Source: Octopus sinensis | Taxonomy: Eukaryota | Direction: 5' to 3' | Assembly: GCF_006345805.1 (NCBI RefSeq) | Contig: NC_043004.1 | Span: 47,740,001 to 47,804,000, forward strand | Length of the DNA: 64,000 nt | Shown here: positions 26,279 through 39,126 of the stretch, piece by piece | How the letters are laid out: each line of letters starts with the position of its first letter | Numbering within the stretch: the stretch's first letter is position 1 | Position numbers and translations under genes: made by a program | Notes under the pieces: model-generated | What the model was told of the DNA's origin: nothing | Database searches by the model: none | The model's input: the letters and a program-made list of their open reading frames with translations, nothing else

Positions 26279-26316
26279 CTGTTACTCTAAGTTTCTCGTT
26301 GCCGTTCATCAGACAG
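26279..26316 (-). ncRNA. Minimal HHR, left arm of fold-back 26246-26410
   Basis: ctgt-CTGATGA-acg-gcaa-cga-GAAAC-TTAGA-GTA-acag. Confidence 0.75.
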
Positions 26317-26339
26317 TTTTTACTAGATTCTAGCAAAAA

Positions 26340-26377
26340 CTGTCTGATGAACGGCAACGAGAAACTCAGAGTAACAG
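26340..26377 (+). ncRNA. Minimal HHR, right arm of fold-back 26246-26410
   Basis: ctgt-CTGATGA-acg-gcaa-cga-GAAAC-TCAGA-GTA-acag; GNRA loop II. Confidence 0.8.
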
Positions 26378-26409
26378 ATTTTGTTGAATTTTCTGCTGCT
26401 TAAAATAAA

Positions 26410-26463
<54 letters not shown>

Positions 26464-26564
26464 GAACTTGCATGCGTTACTGCGTGAAATACACTACGCC
26501 CGTATGTCTGGCAATTTGTTATGGATTTCTTTTTCATTTATATCAGAAAAATATGCCCGTTGAT

Positions 26565-27095
26565 TTGATGGCTGCCCCCTCGTTATCGAGTATGGCCATT
26601 GCACGAAGCTTAACTGTTACTGGTGCTATGATCGAATGTGACTTTTTAGCCCAGCTAAAGATCTACAATGTCTTGTAAAGAATTGGCAACTAAAACCTTT
26701 ACCAGTAATAGCCGGCTGTAGTTGTAACTGGGCTTCGTGTACCTTTGCATGTCGTTTAAGTCCTCCTGCCGAATTACACTCTCTTCCACATGCCCGACAG
26801 ATGTGATTAGTATGGTGTGTTACACCGCCACCAGTGGCCAAGTTGTCACTCATGTGTCTCGCTTTATGACTACGAAGATGATTCTTGATTCCAGCTTTAC
26901 TGAGGCAGGGTCTTGCACAGACATTGCATGTCAGCATCAAAGGAAGACCCTTGTCGTCTGGAAGTGTAACAGTGATGCCCTTCCTGACATCCCTCCTTAC
27001 TTTTTCATGTGTAACTCAAGACTTCTCAAAAGTGGCTGTCCCCTCGTGCACAATCCTTCTCCACCTGCTACGATCAATAGCTATGCCTTCCCATA
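26565..27095 (-). mobile_element. RTE/BovB-like LINE 3' end with three C2H2 zinc fingers
   Basis: DRSRWRRIVHEGTATFE upstream of CNVCARPCLSKAGIKNHLRSH, CRACGRECNSAGGLKRHAKVH and CQFFTRHCRSLAGLKSHIRS. Confidence 0.75.
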
Positions 27096-27199
27096 CATGC
27101 ACACATACACACATATTAACATGCATAATTGCATCTACATATAGCTATTTCTCTTTTTCTCTCTTTCATGGTTTGATATGAATAGTAATTAAGTTTTTA

Positions 27200-27930
27200 C
27201 ACTTAAAAGAGATCAGATTTGTATGGTCGATGCTCTCAAGGTTTCCACTTGGGGAATCAATGTTGGTTTCATATAAGTATTCGCACAGATGATGCATCTC
27301 TGAGGTAGGTGAGGGAGATTATGCCCACACTTGTGCAGATACAATCTGCAGAACAGTGGACGTTAATGAATGTAATAGCAAATGGTCCATTGAACAAACG
27401 AAGGAAGAGTGTGGAGGACAAAGTTGAACATTGAAGACACCCAAAATGTATTTATAGTGGAGTAGAAAGAGCTCTGATAACGCATTCTAAGATGTTTCTA
27501 TCTCAAATGAAGCTACAGATACAAGAGATGGAGTTGGCTGGAACCCGTGGAGGGGAACTTTTGATAAAAGATTTGCATACCAGACTTGGCTACGGGCTTA
27601 CCTCATGTCAAGAGCAAAAGTATTACTTCTAAGGAACGAAAAAAAAATCTGCTGAGTGACATATGCTTCTGTGTTTCCATTAACTTACAGACGTTAGGCT
27701 TGAGAGCTATAGAGCGCTAGTAGCTTAGGTAAGAGAGGTTACCTTTCTCTGGAGTGAGAAAACTAACTTTTGCTTGCAAGTATCAGGGTACACCTCTGCA
27801 GAGTGGCGGAGTTTAAAGAATTCCTGAATATAAGAACAACATTTGAGACGCAGTATTTCACTCTCACGTGTGGGATATTGTCTAGGCCAGTGACCCCACA
27901 GGTTTGAGAGTAGCGGAGGTATTTCATCAC
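27200..27930 (-). mobile_element. Decayed CR1/Jockey-group LINE RT fragment
   Basis: PEKGNLSYLSY*RSIAL (cf. PKKGDxSxPxNYRPIAL) and LSSTLFL...VHCSAD (cf. LSPTLF...YADD). Confidence 0.55.
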
Positions 27931-28564
27931 TAATGTGTTTTTATGTGTGTTGAACATGAAACATGGTTGAGTAGTAAACGTTAGATGTTCAGAAAATTTA
28001 TGTGTGTATATATGTATATATACATATTCATACATATATGTATACACAAGCATATGCACATGTATATTCATGCCGTGCGCCATGCTTTCGCTGGTTGGTT
28101 TTGCCACTTGTGTATGTTAGTTTATATCGGTGCATCTGAAAACATGGGAGCAGGGCTAGATAGCTATGTACCTACAAATATTTTAATTCTCAGATTCTTC
28201 CACCGCCTGACAGACAAATGGTAATAAGCCGAGACTTTAACCAGCATTTCTACGTGAATATATAATGAAATTACTTCATTTCCACTTAACAACACCGCAA
28301 AATTTCAATACATACATACATACACACATATACATATCCATACATATATATATGTGTACACAAACACACACATACGTCAATGTGTGTGTGTGTGTGAGTG
28401 AGTTATCTAGATACAAACTTCAGTGTTCAATGATAAACAAGTACCAACGTAACATTTAATTGGGTGTGGCGTCGATACAAAATCAATTTATATTCTATTA
28501 TTTTGTTGAGTGTTTCACGGAATATATCCTTTTTAGTATTGTTTTTATTCTGTGATATACTTTT

Positions 28565-29246
28565 TTGTTCATAATACCATCATCATCTTTAGCAACATCA
28601 CCATCACAATGATGATGATGATGATCATCATCATCATCATCATCGTCGTCGTCGTCGTCGTCGTCGTCATCATTATCATCGTCATCGCCATCATCATCCT
28701 TATCACTACAACTAGGTCTCCTATCAGCACCAAAGCAACCTCCACCCCCATGACAACCTAGACAACGAATACCACTGAAACCACTAAGATAGCTCATTAC
28801 CTTCACCACTATGAATTGAACTACTACCAATAACAATAACAAAAACAACACCAACAAAACCATCACCACCACTACCACTAAAACCACAACCAATACCACC
28901 ACTGTCATCATCATCCTCGTCGTCATTATCATCATCAGCGTCATCATTCTTACCATCATCCTCATCATCATCATCATTATCATCATCATCATAATTGCCG
29001 TTATTAGTACTAGCGCGATCACCACTACCATGACCACACCACCACCACCATCAACACCATAACAAGTATCAACAATACCAATATCACCATCTAGATTTTG
29101 AAAATTCACCATCACTTTCATCATCAACAGCAGCAGCATCACTACCACCATTGTCATCTTCATTATCAACGTTATGTTTGCGGTCGTGATCCTGGTCGTA
29201 GCAGTGATCCTCGTCGTCATTATCATTATCATAATCGTCGTCATTG

Positions 29247-29295
<49 letters not shown>

Positions 29296-30476
29296 AACCA
29301 TCATCATTGAAAACCTCACTATATTCTTTCTACGTTACAATTTTCTCTATTAATCATTCTCGCCTGCGGTGTTGTGAAAAAAAACCATCGTCATCAACCA
29401 CATCATCGACATCACCTCCACCGTAACAACCATCCTCCTCACCACCAGCAACAACAACAACAATATAATCACCATCATCTCCATCATTGCCATTAATTAA
29501 AATGATGAATTACCCATTTTGTTCCAGTTCTTAACCTTCTTGGTTCAAATCACCCTGAAATCTTACTTTTTCAGCATTTCGCCTCTCCACAAAATATATT
29601 GCTAATCTAGTAAAGGTGTTAATTGTTTTGTTTTGTTTTTTCGACTAAACACTTACTTATTTGTATCGAAATATCAAATAATTGTTATTCATTTCAAATT
29701 GTGGTACAAAGAAGTTCAGGGAAGGGGCTCAAGCTATTGCATCGACCCAAGTATTCGGCTAATATTTATTTTATAGTTCCCAAAAAGATGAAAGGCGAAG
29801 TCGAACTATTGAGAATTTAGACGCAGTACGTAAAGACGGAGAAAATGCCGGCAAGCATTTTTGTCTAGCGTTGCTAACGATTTTGCCAGCTTGCCGCCTC
29901 GCAAATAATTATTATTAGTAATAATAAAATTCCACAAGTAAAAAATAAGCACTAAACGTCAGCGTTATTGATCATCATCACGACAAGCATTCGTCATAAC
30001 CAATAATAACGATAACAAAAACTAACATCATATGATCATCAAATTCACTATCATTAATATGTTCCCCTTCATCAGTCGTCATCGCCGTCCACCGCTAGAT
30101 CCTGCCCATCATCATCATCTTCATCATCACGAGCGCTGCAACCACCACCACAAATACAAGCAGCAACGGCAACAAGGAGAGTGCCACAATAATCATCAAC
30201 TTCACCATCACCATCATCGTCATCGTAATAATCATCTACATCATCATCATCGTCATCATCATCGTCATCATGATTATCGTCATCATTGTCATCATCATCA
30301 TCGTGATCATCATAATTGTCATCATCGTAATCATCATCATCATCATCATCATCACCATCACCATCATAATCATCATTATCGTAATCATTATCTACATCAT
30401 CATCATCGTCATCATGATTATCGTCATCATTGTCATCATCATCAACGTGATCATCATAATTCTCATCATCTACATC

Positions 30477-30527
<51 letters not shown>

Positions 30528-31062
30528 GTAATCATCATCATCTTAATCATCATCATCGTAATCATCATCATCATAATCATCATCATCGTAATCATCATCA
30601 CCATCATCATCCTCATCCTCATCGTAATCATCGTAATCATCATCACCATCATCACCATAATCATCATCATCGTAATCATCATCATCGTAATTATCATCAT
30701 CATCATCTTCATCATCATCATCATCATAATCATCCTCATCATCATCATCATTATTATCAACGTTCTCGTCGTCATCGTGTTCATGGTCGTGGCTGAAGCC
30801 GTTCTCTTCAACATATTCATTATCGCCACAACGGTTATCTTTATGCTAATAAATAAAGAACTGTTTATAATTCGAATCGTCAGTGCCTTGCGGCATTTAC
30901 TGCCCTTTTTTCGGGCAGGGTCCCAATCCTAACGAACGTGAACTCTGCCTGTTATCTTTCCGAGATGGACGGAATGAAATACGTGTCACGTGCCACACGC
31001 TGATAACTGATTTAGTAGAGTACATTTCATAATTTAGCAAATTTAATGGTAACAATGTAGGA

Positions 31063-31096
<34 letters not shown>

Positions 31097-31135
31097 ATGA
31101 TGATGATGATGAGGATGAGGATGATGAGGATGATA

Positions 31136-31175
<40 letters not shown>

Positions 31176-32525
31176 CGATGATGACGATGATGGCAACGAC
31201 GATGGCGATGGCGATGATGAGGATGATGATGATGATGATAAGGAGGAGCAGGCGATAGTAATGGAGGTAGAGAAGGAGGAGCAAATGTAGGAAGATAATG
31301 GTGGCAGTGGCTTAGATGATGATGATGATGATGATGATGACGATGATCATGATGACTACAAGACGATGAGGAGAATCACGATGATTAAAGTTGTTGCTGC
31401 TGATAGTGATAAGGAGGATGAAGATGATGATGGGGAGATGGAGGAGAGGGATGAGGAGGATGGGGCAGAAGCGATGCGGAGGGGGATGAGGAGGATGGGG
31501 GCAGAAGAGATGGGGAGGGGGAGCGTGAGGAGAGGGTGATGAAGGGTGAGAGGAGGGTGTGGCGGATGGGGGGAGGGGGGAGGAGATGGGGTAGGACTAG
31601 GGTGGGTGGTGGTGGTGGTGGTGGTGGTGGTGGTGGTGGTGATGGTGGTAGTGAAGAGGGGTGACAAGGATGGGTGAGGAGAGGTTAGGAGGGGGTGAGG
31701 AGGAAGGAGGGGTGAGGAAGTGCGGCAAGGAAGAGGGGTGAGGAGAAGGGTGAGGAGGAGGAGGGGTGAGGAGAACGAGGGGTGAGGAGGACGAGGGATG
31801 AGGACGAGGGGTGAAGACGAGGGGGTGAGGACTAGAATGGGTGAGGACGAGGGGGTGAGGACTAGAAGGTGTGAGGACTAGAAGGGGTGAGGAGGAGGAA
31901 GAGTAGTGGTGGTGGTGGTGGTAGTGAGGAGGGGTGACAGGAGGGGTGAGGAGGAAGAGTAGTAGTGGTAGTGGTAGTGGTGTTAGTTATGGCAGATGTG
32001 TTATTGTCGATAATGACGACCACCAACCACCCCCACAAGACGACGACAACGACGACGATGATGGACATGTCCAAATATGTGAATTTCAGTCAGAGTGAGA
32101 CATCTATGTCTGGGAATACTTACATTACACACTACGAAAATAATGTTGTCATCTATTATGAATAATTATCTGGCTTTTCAACAAAATCTTGCGAAACCTT
32201 ACGCTTTAGCTTTCATTTCCAATGATTTAATGTCATATAATATATTTGCATTTAATAGATCTATCCTTTACGGGTGGACTCAGACAAGAAGATACAGTAT
32301 TTAGACACTCGGTTTTGATAGACGTCATCATTACTCACTGGACGGGATTCACTTCTCGTTAATGTGATCTTTACAATCGTCAATGCCATCATCCTCCTCA
32401 TCATCATCATCAATAGCAGAAACAGCAACATCAAGGTCACAAACAAAGCCAATCATATCTTTTCATCATCATCATCATCGTCGTCGTCGTTGTCGTCAAT
32501 ATCATCATCTTTTATATCGTCGTTA
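28565..32525. repeat. Trinucleotide and G-rich simple-repeat block: (CAT)n, (GAT)n, (GGT)n, GGGGTGAGGA units
   Basis: Visible directly; explains the poly-His/Met/Ile ORFs. Confidence 0.95.
29735..29900 (-). mobile_element. SINE family B, diverged
   Basis: gatgaaaggcgaagtcgaac...ctaacgattttgccagcttgccgcc parallels 35855-35967. Confidence 0.7.
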
Positions 32526-32550
32526 TAAATTCCATCAACAAAATAATCAT

Positions 32551-32980
32551 AGGCGCCGGAGTGGCTGTGTGGTAAGTAGCTTGCTTACCAACCACATGGT
32601 TCCGGGTTTAGTCCCACTGTGTGGCCACTTGGGTAAGTGTCTTCTACTATAACCTCGGGCCGACCAAAGCCTTGTGAGTGGATTTGGTAGACGGAAATTG
32701 AAAGAAGCCCGTCGTATATGTGTATATATATATGTATATGTGTGTATGTGTATGTGTTTGTCTGTCTGTGTTTGTCTGTCTGTGTTTGTACCCCTAGCAT
32801 TGCTTGACAACCGATGCTGGTGTGTTTACGTCCCCGCCACTTAGCGGTTCGGCAAAAGAGACCGATAGAATAAGTACTGGGCTTACAAAGAATAAGTCCC
32901 GGGGTCGAGTTGCTCGACTAAAGGCGGTGCTCCAGCATGGCCGCAGTCAAATGACTGAAACAAGTAAAAGAGTAAAAAAG
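32551..32980 (+). mobile_element. SINE family A, intact reference copy (tRNA head, CORE-like segment, internal microsatellite)
   Basis: A box TGGCTGTGTGG, B-box-like GGTTTAGTCCC, cttgggtaagtgtcttctactata, tail gaaacaagtaaaagag. Confidence 0.9.
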
Positions 32981-33559
32981 AATATTATAACTGCTAAGCT
33001 CTTTCATTTGTCAATGCCTGAAAGTATTCATAATGAGGTTGTTGGTTCGAATCTCACAATATACTTGCTTTTAAAATAGCGATGGTGTATCGAAAACAGT
33101 ACAATATAGACTTAATTTCTCATGTCATGTTGAACTCTTGTTATGAGTTCAAATGCTATCAGAAACGGCGTCCCCCACCCTACCCCTTTTTGATAAATGT
33201 AGCCACTCATACATAAGAAGCAATTTTTCAGTTAACATCTTGATTTACATTTTAGTGTCCCTGGTGTCAATCTAAATATATATATATTTTTTTAATAGTC
33301 TTATTCTTATTATATGCTTTCAGTGAGCCATTGTCTGGTAAAACTGTATTTAAAGAGTGAATAACTCTATACGCCGAATTACTTTCATGTTTTTGCTAAC
33401 ATTTCCATCATAATACTTACTACTTTCATGCCATTCATGCTGCTTGCTTCACTTTCTCGATCCTTAGATCTTTGCAATTTGATTGAATCTCAAACTTCTT
33501 TCAAGCAATGTCTTAGACGGAAACGAAGGCAACGTCTTTCAAATTCCATAGTGATGTTC

Positions 33560-33830
33560 CAATACTTATGTTTATATTTAAATTATTTCTTTTGAACCCC
33601 GTGTCAGTTAGGACAGGCAAGTCCTAGGTGATCATGGTTAGGTTATTTTCGTGCGGAATAGTTGGTACATATTCATACCACTTCTTACTGGTTTCCACGT
33701 TGAGGTTTCCGCTTATCAGCCAGCTGCTGACTTGTTCGTGAGTTTTCAAAGTACCTAGATATGGTAAGAACTGCAGGATATAAATTATCTGGAAAATTGT
33801 TTTATTGTAGGTATACCGCAAGATCACGAA
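33560..33830 (-). mobile_element. Decayed R4/Dong-like fragment
   Basis: KKWYEYVPTIPHENNLTMIT*DLPVLTD resembles KWYEHxP...ENxxxxIxWDxPxxTD. Confidence 0.5.
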
Positions 33831-34604
33831 GCTATTGAGATTCTTTACTCTTTTAATAGCATAGAAACTAAAATTACGACAGTAATAGTGCAGCGCAAAA
33901 AACTCAGCTATTGTGTTTTTGAAAAGAAAAGCTATTCGATGGCTTTCTAGACATGGAGTAGAAAAACAGCGAAAAGAGTGGCAATAATCAGTTCAAGATC
34001 AGGAGGCTTCCGTTCCAGCAGCGCGACCAGTTAAAAGCTTCAAAACAGGTGTAAAGGACCAGTTTACTTTGTTCCCTGGAAATGACCGAGAAACCGACAT
34101 GGCAGGCAGTGTTAGTGAGGGGATAAGGAAGAGTATCCATCCACAGCAGAATCAAGTGAAAGTAACAGCGTCTCTAACTCTGCAAAGAGTCTGGAAAAGA
34201 TATTGCCTGATCTCGAACGCAAACGCTCACGTCCCTTCTTCAAATGTTATTACAACCTTATCGCTTTAGTATAACAGAGAGGCAATGAATGTTGAAGAAA
34301 AATAAAGACAGAAAATAGGAAGCAAAAGGAACAGAGGCAGAAAATGTGAAGTGACTCGGTTTAAAGTGTTTAAAATGGTGCAAGAAAATGACAACAACGA
34401 TCAAATGATGAAACGAAATTGACAGTAGGTCAAATATGAATTAGTACTTTTTAATAAAAATTAGATGCTGTGTAACAGATATATATCAAACGCACTAGAG
34501 TGACGAAATATAAAGGACATGGAAGTGACAGTCTTTTGATAAAAATATTGGTTTCATATTTTGGAATAAGGCCAGCAACTTTAGGGATAGGTCGATTATA
34601 TCAA

Positions 34605-35075
34605 ACCCTGTGCGACGACGTTCTCGGGGAAATTCTGGGCGTCGAAGATCCACTAACCGGTCTCTTTAGGAGAACTGTCGGGCCTGGGCCTATCGGTAAC
34701 TTCCAGAAATCCCTTGCCTGGAAGTGCTACTTTGGGCGCTGCCAGTTTGGGATAAACTTTACAGGCACGGAAGTACCGTCAGACGACACTGTCCGAGGTG
34801 CGCCAAGAACGATGAAACCGTTGTGCACGCCCTCGTCCAGTGCCCAAGTATTGCTGACCTGTGGGTTTATGTCGAACACCTGCTGTCGCTTGTGAGATGA
34901 ATCCGGCTATCTTCTGAATCCATTATGAAGGTTGCCCCGCTACCATCCTTTGGCTGGGAGAGGCAGACAATTTTTGTTTGTTTAGTGGCTGTAGCAAAAG
35001 AGGTAGTATGGTGGACCCGTTTGAAGGAGCTAAACACAGACACTTTCCTCTTTGGACCCTCATTATTTGGGACTA
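34605..35075 (+). mobile_element. Tx1/L1-clade ORF2 C-terminal fragment (zf-RVT)
   Basis: NFQKSLAWKCY / ALPVWDKLYRHG...HCPRCAKNDETVVHALVQCPSIADLW. Confidence 0.8.
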
Positions 35076-35129
35076 ACTTTAAAGTCAATTTTCTGACATT
35101 TTCTATTTCCTTTAACTACTATTACTAAA

Positions 35130-36230
35130 TCAGGCATTCTATCTTCTAGTACTCTGTAAGTCTGAACGTTAAAGTCTCCCAACATGTTGTATTTCTTACT
35201 TTCTAGTACATTACTAGGTTCATATTCATATCATTTATCAGTATGTTCAAATCCTATTTTGCTACATATCTCCCAGTGGATTGCTCTCCTTAGATTACCA
35301 TGACTTTTCTTATATTCTTTTTGTACCAGTATGCTACATTCACTCACTATATGAGTAACACTTTCATATTTTTATTTGCATGACCTACATTGGGCATCTT
35401 CTTGTTTTTTATTTACCTTGGCTTTTATCAAATTCGTCCTTAATTCTTGATCTTGTGCTGCTATTAACAAACTTTCTGTTTCTTTTTTCAGTTCTCCTTT
35501 CTGAAACTATAACCATGTCTTACTACTACTATTTTCTGCAACTACCTGTGTGAATCTACTACGCAACGCCTTCTCTTGACAGTCAGATAATTTCTGTTCT
35601 TTATTCGGTTTTTGGTTTCTCTATGTCTTGCTGTGACTCCAGCAGTATTAAATAACCTTTCTGCACTATAACCTGCATAGGAGTTTATAGTTACTCTACC
35701 TAGCGCCAGACAGTCTTCTATTGATATTAAACTATTTCTTTACTACCCACAATGGGCTAAACACAGAGAGCACAAACAAGGACAGACAGGCGGATTAAGT
35801 CGATTATATCGACCTCAGTGCGTAACTGGTACTTATTTAATTGACCCCGAAAGGATGAAAGGCAAAGTCGACCTCGGCGGAATTTGAACTCAGAACGTAG
35901 CGGCAGACGAAATACGGCTACGCATTTTCGCCCGGCGTGCTAACGATTCTGCCAGCTCTTCCGCCTTCCTTTCTAGGTAGGTATAATCTTGCTACTCCTG
36001 ACCTTAGGTGGAGCCCCCAATCATATTGAATTCAATCGTAGTTTTTCTGTCTAGCTTTGCTAATTCAGTTTTTCTCCAATCTACAAAAGCTGCTGTGTAT
36101 CTAAGTAATGATACTGCCCAAGTATTTACAGCCTTCACTAGATTCGTGCCATTTAGCTTTGACTTCCTTAGCTTTCTCACACTTCTAATGCCCCACTTCT
36201 GAATTATTATTTTCATTTCGAACTTTTCGT
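35130..36230 (-). mobile_element. R4/Dong-like RT C-terminal and CCHC fragment, interrupted by a SINE
   Basis: KSKLNGTNLVKAVNTWAVSLLRY...WRKTELAKLDRKT; ETESLLIAAQDQELRT; ESVTHIVSEC. Confidence 0.8.
35732..35967 (-). mobile_element. SINE family B (tRNA-derived), near intact
   Basis: Minus: ggcggaagagctggcagaatcgttagc...gagttcaaattccgccgaggtcgactttgcctttcatcctttcggggtc...taagtaccag. Confidence 0.85.
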
Positions 36231-36440
36231 GACTTCAGTTTTTGGTAAAAGATATGTTGTTCCTTCGGTTAGTCAGGCAGGTATTTCCTCTGGGTTCTGG
36301 ATGGCTTCAGTTAGGGATACAGCAAAATGTATCAATTCAACCACAAGTTAGGGATCCGGTTCAGTCCTCAGTTTTCTATTTGTTGTTGTTATTAGTAGTA
36401 GTAGTATTATTATTATTATTATTATTATTAGTAGTAGTAT

Positions 36441-36502
<62 letters not shown>

Positions 36503-37659
36503 TTTCTCATGGTCAGTTAGAATGTGTGTGGCAATGATTAAAGCAAACGTACAATTGCTCTGTAAGTTTGTAGTCACATAAACTGTTCTCTGTTGTAGAC
36601 TTGTTTTGCAGTTTAGAATCTTTGTTTAGTGTTTCGTTTGTCTATTGTGCAGGATATGCAGAATGCGATTCGTTTTGCTTTCTCCTGTGGTAAATGTGCT
36701 TCGTATATTCTATGTGACTGGTGTTATGCGTGTTACGATGTGGCATTGATTGCGTTGAGTAAGTGCTACAACATTATATAAATGTCTGTAAATCATGTAG
36801 AACGCGTTATTATTTGATCGGCAGAGTAACTGAATCAGTTGAACATCCGATTAAATAGCATACTCTTTTCAGGTTACATCCCTTTCACTTCCGGCTTGAA
36901 ATTCCATCGAAAATGAATTTGCCTTAAATACGTTTGTAATTCACACAAAAATGCCAGAGGTAAACTCGGTTTAATCGATTTTCGTACTTTGCGATCGATT
37001 TGATTGACTTTACCTCTCTCTAAAAATATCTGGCCACTCAGGCATTGTGATTATTATTTTATTCCTGTGACTCTTTAATCGTTAAGTAGGCAACAGTATC
37101 TTTTGTTTATTAACCGTTGTGCATTTTATATACTTCTAAATTCTTACTGTTGCTAGATATTATTTGGAGGTTTTCTTCACTCATTACCATATGGAAAATA
37201 TATTCAAATGTATATTTTCAACGTGAATGAGAAATACGCGTTAACGAAAAAATTAAGTCTATCGAATCATAATGCAGAATATAAGTGCATTATAGAATAA
37301 TTTAACTTGTTTTCGTTCAAAGATTTCTGGCATTTGTATACAACAACCTAAAACTTCTTTTCATAGCTATAAAAACAAGAAAATATATTTATGATTTAGT
37401 CATGCAATATTCTTGAATACATTATGGCAATGTAGATTATATCGATGTGCATATTTAATACGCTAGCGTGAATGTATATATAGTTATAATTATGTATATA
37501 TAGTTATAAGTATGAATACTCTGCTACAATGCATGATAGCCGGTCTCGCTTTCCCATCTCTTTGTGTATATATATATATATATATACATTCCTATATATA
37601 TATATATATGAATTATGTATATACACTTATATATATATATATTATATATATATATATAC

Positions 37660-37727
<68 letters not shown>

Positions 37728-38804
37728 GTATGTGTGTATGTATGTATTATGTATGTATATATTGGGAATCATTTCCATAATACATCGGAAAACTGTGATA
37801 TATAAAAGGCCGAGTGTTTAACGAATTCGTATCTGACAAAAACCCAGTTTGTCGTTATGGTCAGACTCGATGTATATAAGTGGACAGAATGTAACAGGTA
37901 TTATACGAAATTACTACAAACATCAGCCCGCTATCTGGGAGAATATGTATTTGTCAACTTTTTAGGTTTAAATGTTAGTGAAAGAACTACCTCTTCATTT
38001 GATCAGCGTGTAACTTAATATTTCACAGACGCGTAATTTTTAACATTTTATTTTTTAACATTTAGCTGTTACCATCTTATTTAATTGTTAACATTTTATT
38101 TTTTCAATGTCACTCTAACAGAAAACAGATAAACAGATATCCATACATATTTCACACCTACATATAAAATTGCTGTATACAACTCCTAATAACAAGTTGT
38201 CACCCCCCAAGAAACTGATAGGAGACAAACGAAGCGTGTCTTTAAACTCCCAACTCCCAATACATTATAACTACTATGTTAGCAATCAGATGTTTCACCA
38301 CCTCACTCTGAAGCACTGTAAAAATATGTGACTTCACTTCGATATTCAGTGGAAGCGCTGATATAAAATATATTTATTGAAATTTATATTTTGCACCTCC
38401 AATGATTAGCGAGTTATGATGTGTTCAGCATGAATTTGATGAACCATTTTAAATCTGTTAACTGTCTTACTGATAGCAATTATCAAAATTTTATTGTTAC
38501 AAATGTAAATAGTGAAACTATGATAATGAATTATTGTAAAGTATGTTATTAAAGGAAAATATGCGCAGGAATATGACAATACTGTGTGATATGGCAAAAT
38601 GAAATTATTTGATCGCTTATTCGAAAAGAAAAATAAATTCCAAATTTGATACATGGTATATTATCATATTCGTGTATTTCGAAAGAAAAATGTAATTCCT
38701 TCTGTTTCTCATATAAATGGAGCCTTTTGGGGAACATTTTTGTCTTGTTTCAAAGGGTGTCAAAACAGATAAATCTTCGCGTGAATCATTAAGAGGCATG
38801 ACTT

Positions 38805-39126
38805 GTGAATTTCTTCACGATAACCACCACGAAGAAATGATCAAGCTCAGTAACAATCTATTAATAAAAAACTACCCCAAAACATGCTATCCACTCCAAT
38901 TATGAATAAAATAGAGAATGAAACCAATAAACTGTCCACAATCTGTCTACCCTATGTGAAAGGCCTCTCCGAAAAGATACAAAAGATATGCGGCCCATAT
39001 TACATCAGGACAGTATTAAAGAGTAATACAACACTTCGCAAATATATTCGAATAAAATCACCAATAGAAGAGAATATGACCAAATACTGCGTGCACTCCA
39101 TCTCATGCAACTGTGGTAGGTTATAT
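38805..39126 (+). mobile_element. PLE fragment (RT C-terminus to GIY-YIG start)
   Basis: ICLPYVKGLSEKIQKICG...YCVHSISCNCGRLY; same family as 51786-52085. Confidence 0.8.

Noticed and set aside
26626-26940. Host C2H2 zinc-finger gene
   Set aside because: No TGEKP linkers; preceded in frame by an RTE-type DRxxWR motif and truncated at a microsatellite.
28498-29319. 273-aa Met/Val/Asp-rich ORF
   Set aside because: Trinucleotide-repeat artefact.
30032-30932. 254-aa poly-His and 220-aa poly-Ile ORFs
   Set aside because: Open in several frames because of (CAT)n; no unique domain or splice context.
32551-32625. tRNA genes at SINE heads (also 61918 and 35900)
   Set aside because: A/B boxes without a full cloverleaf, continuing into multi-copy SINE bodies.
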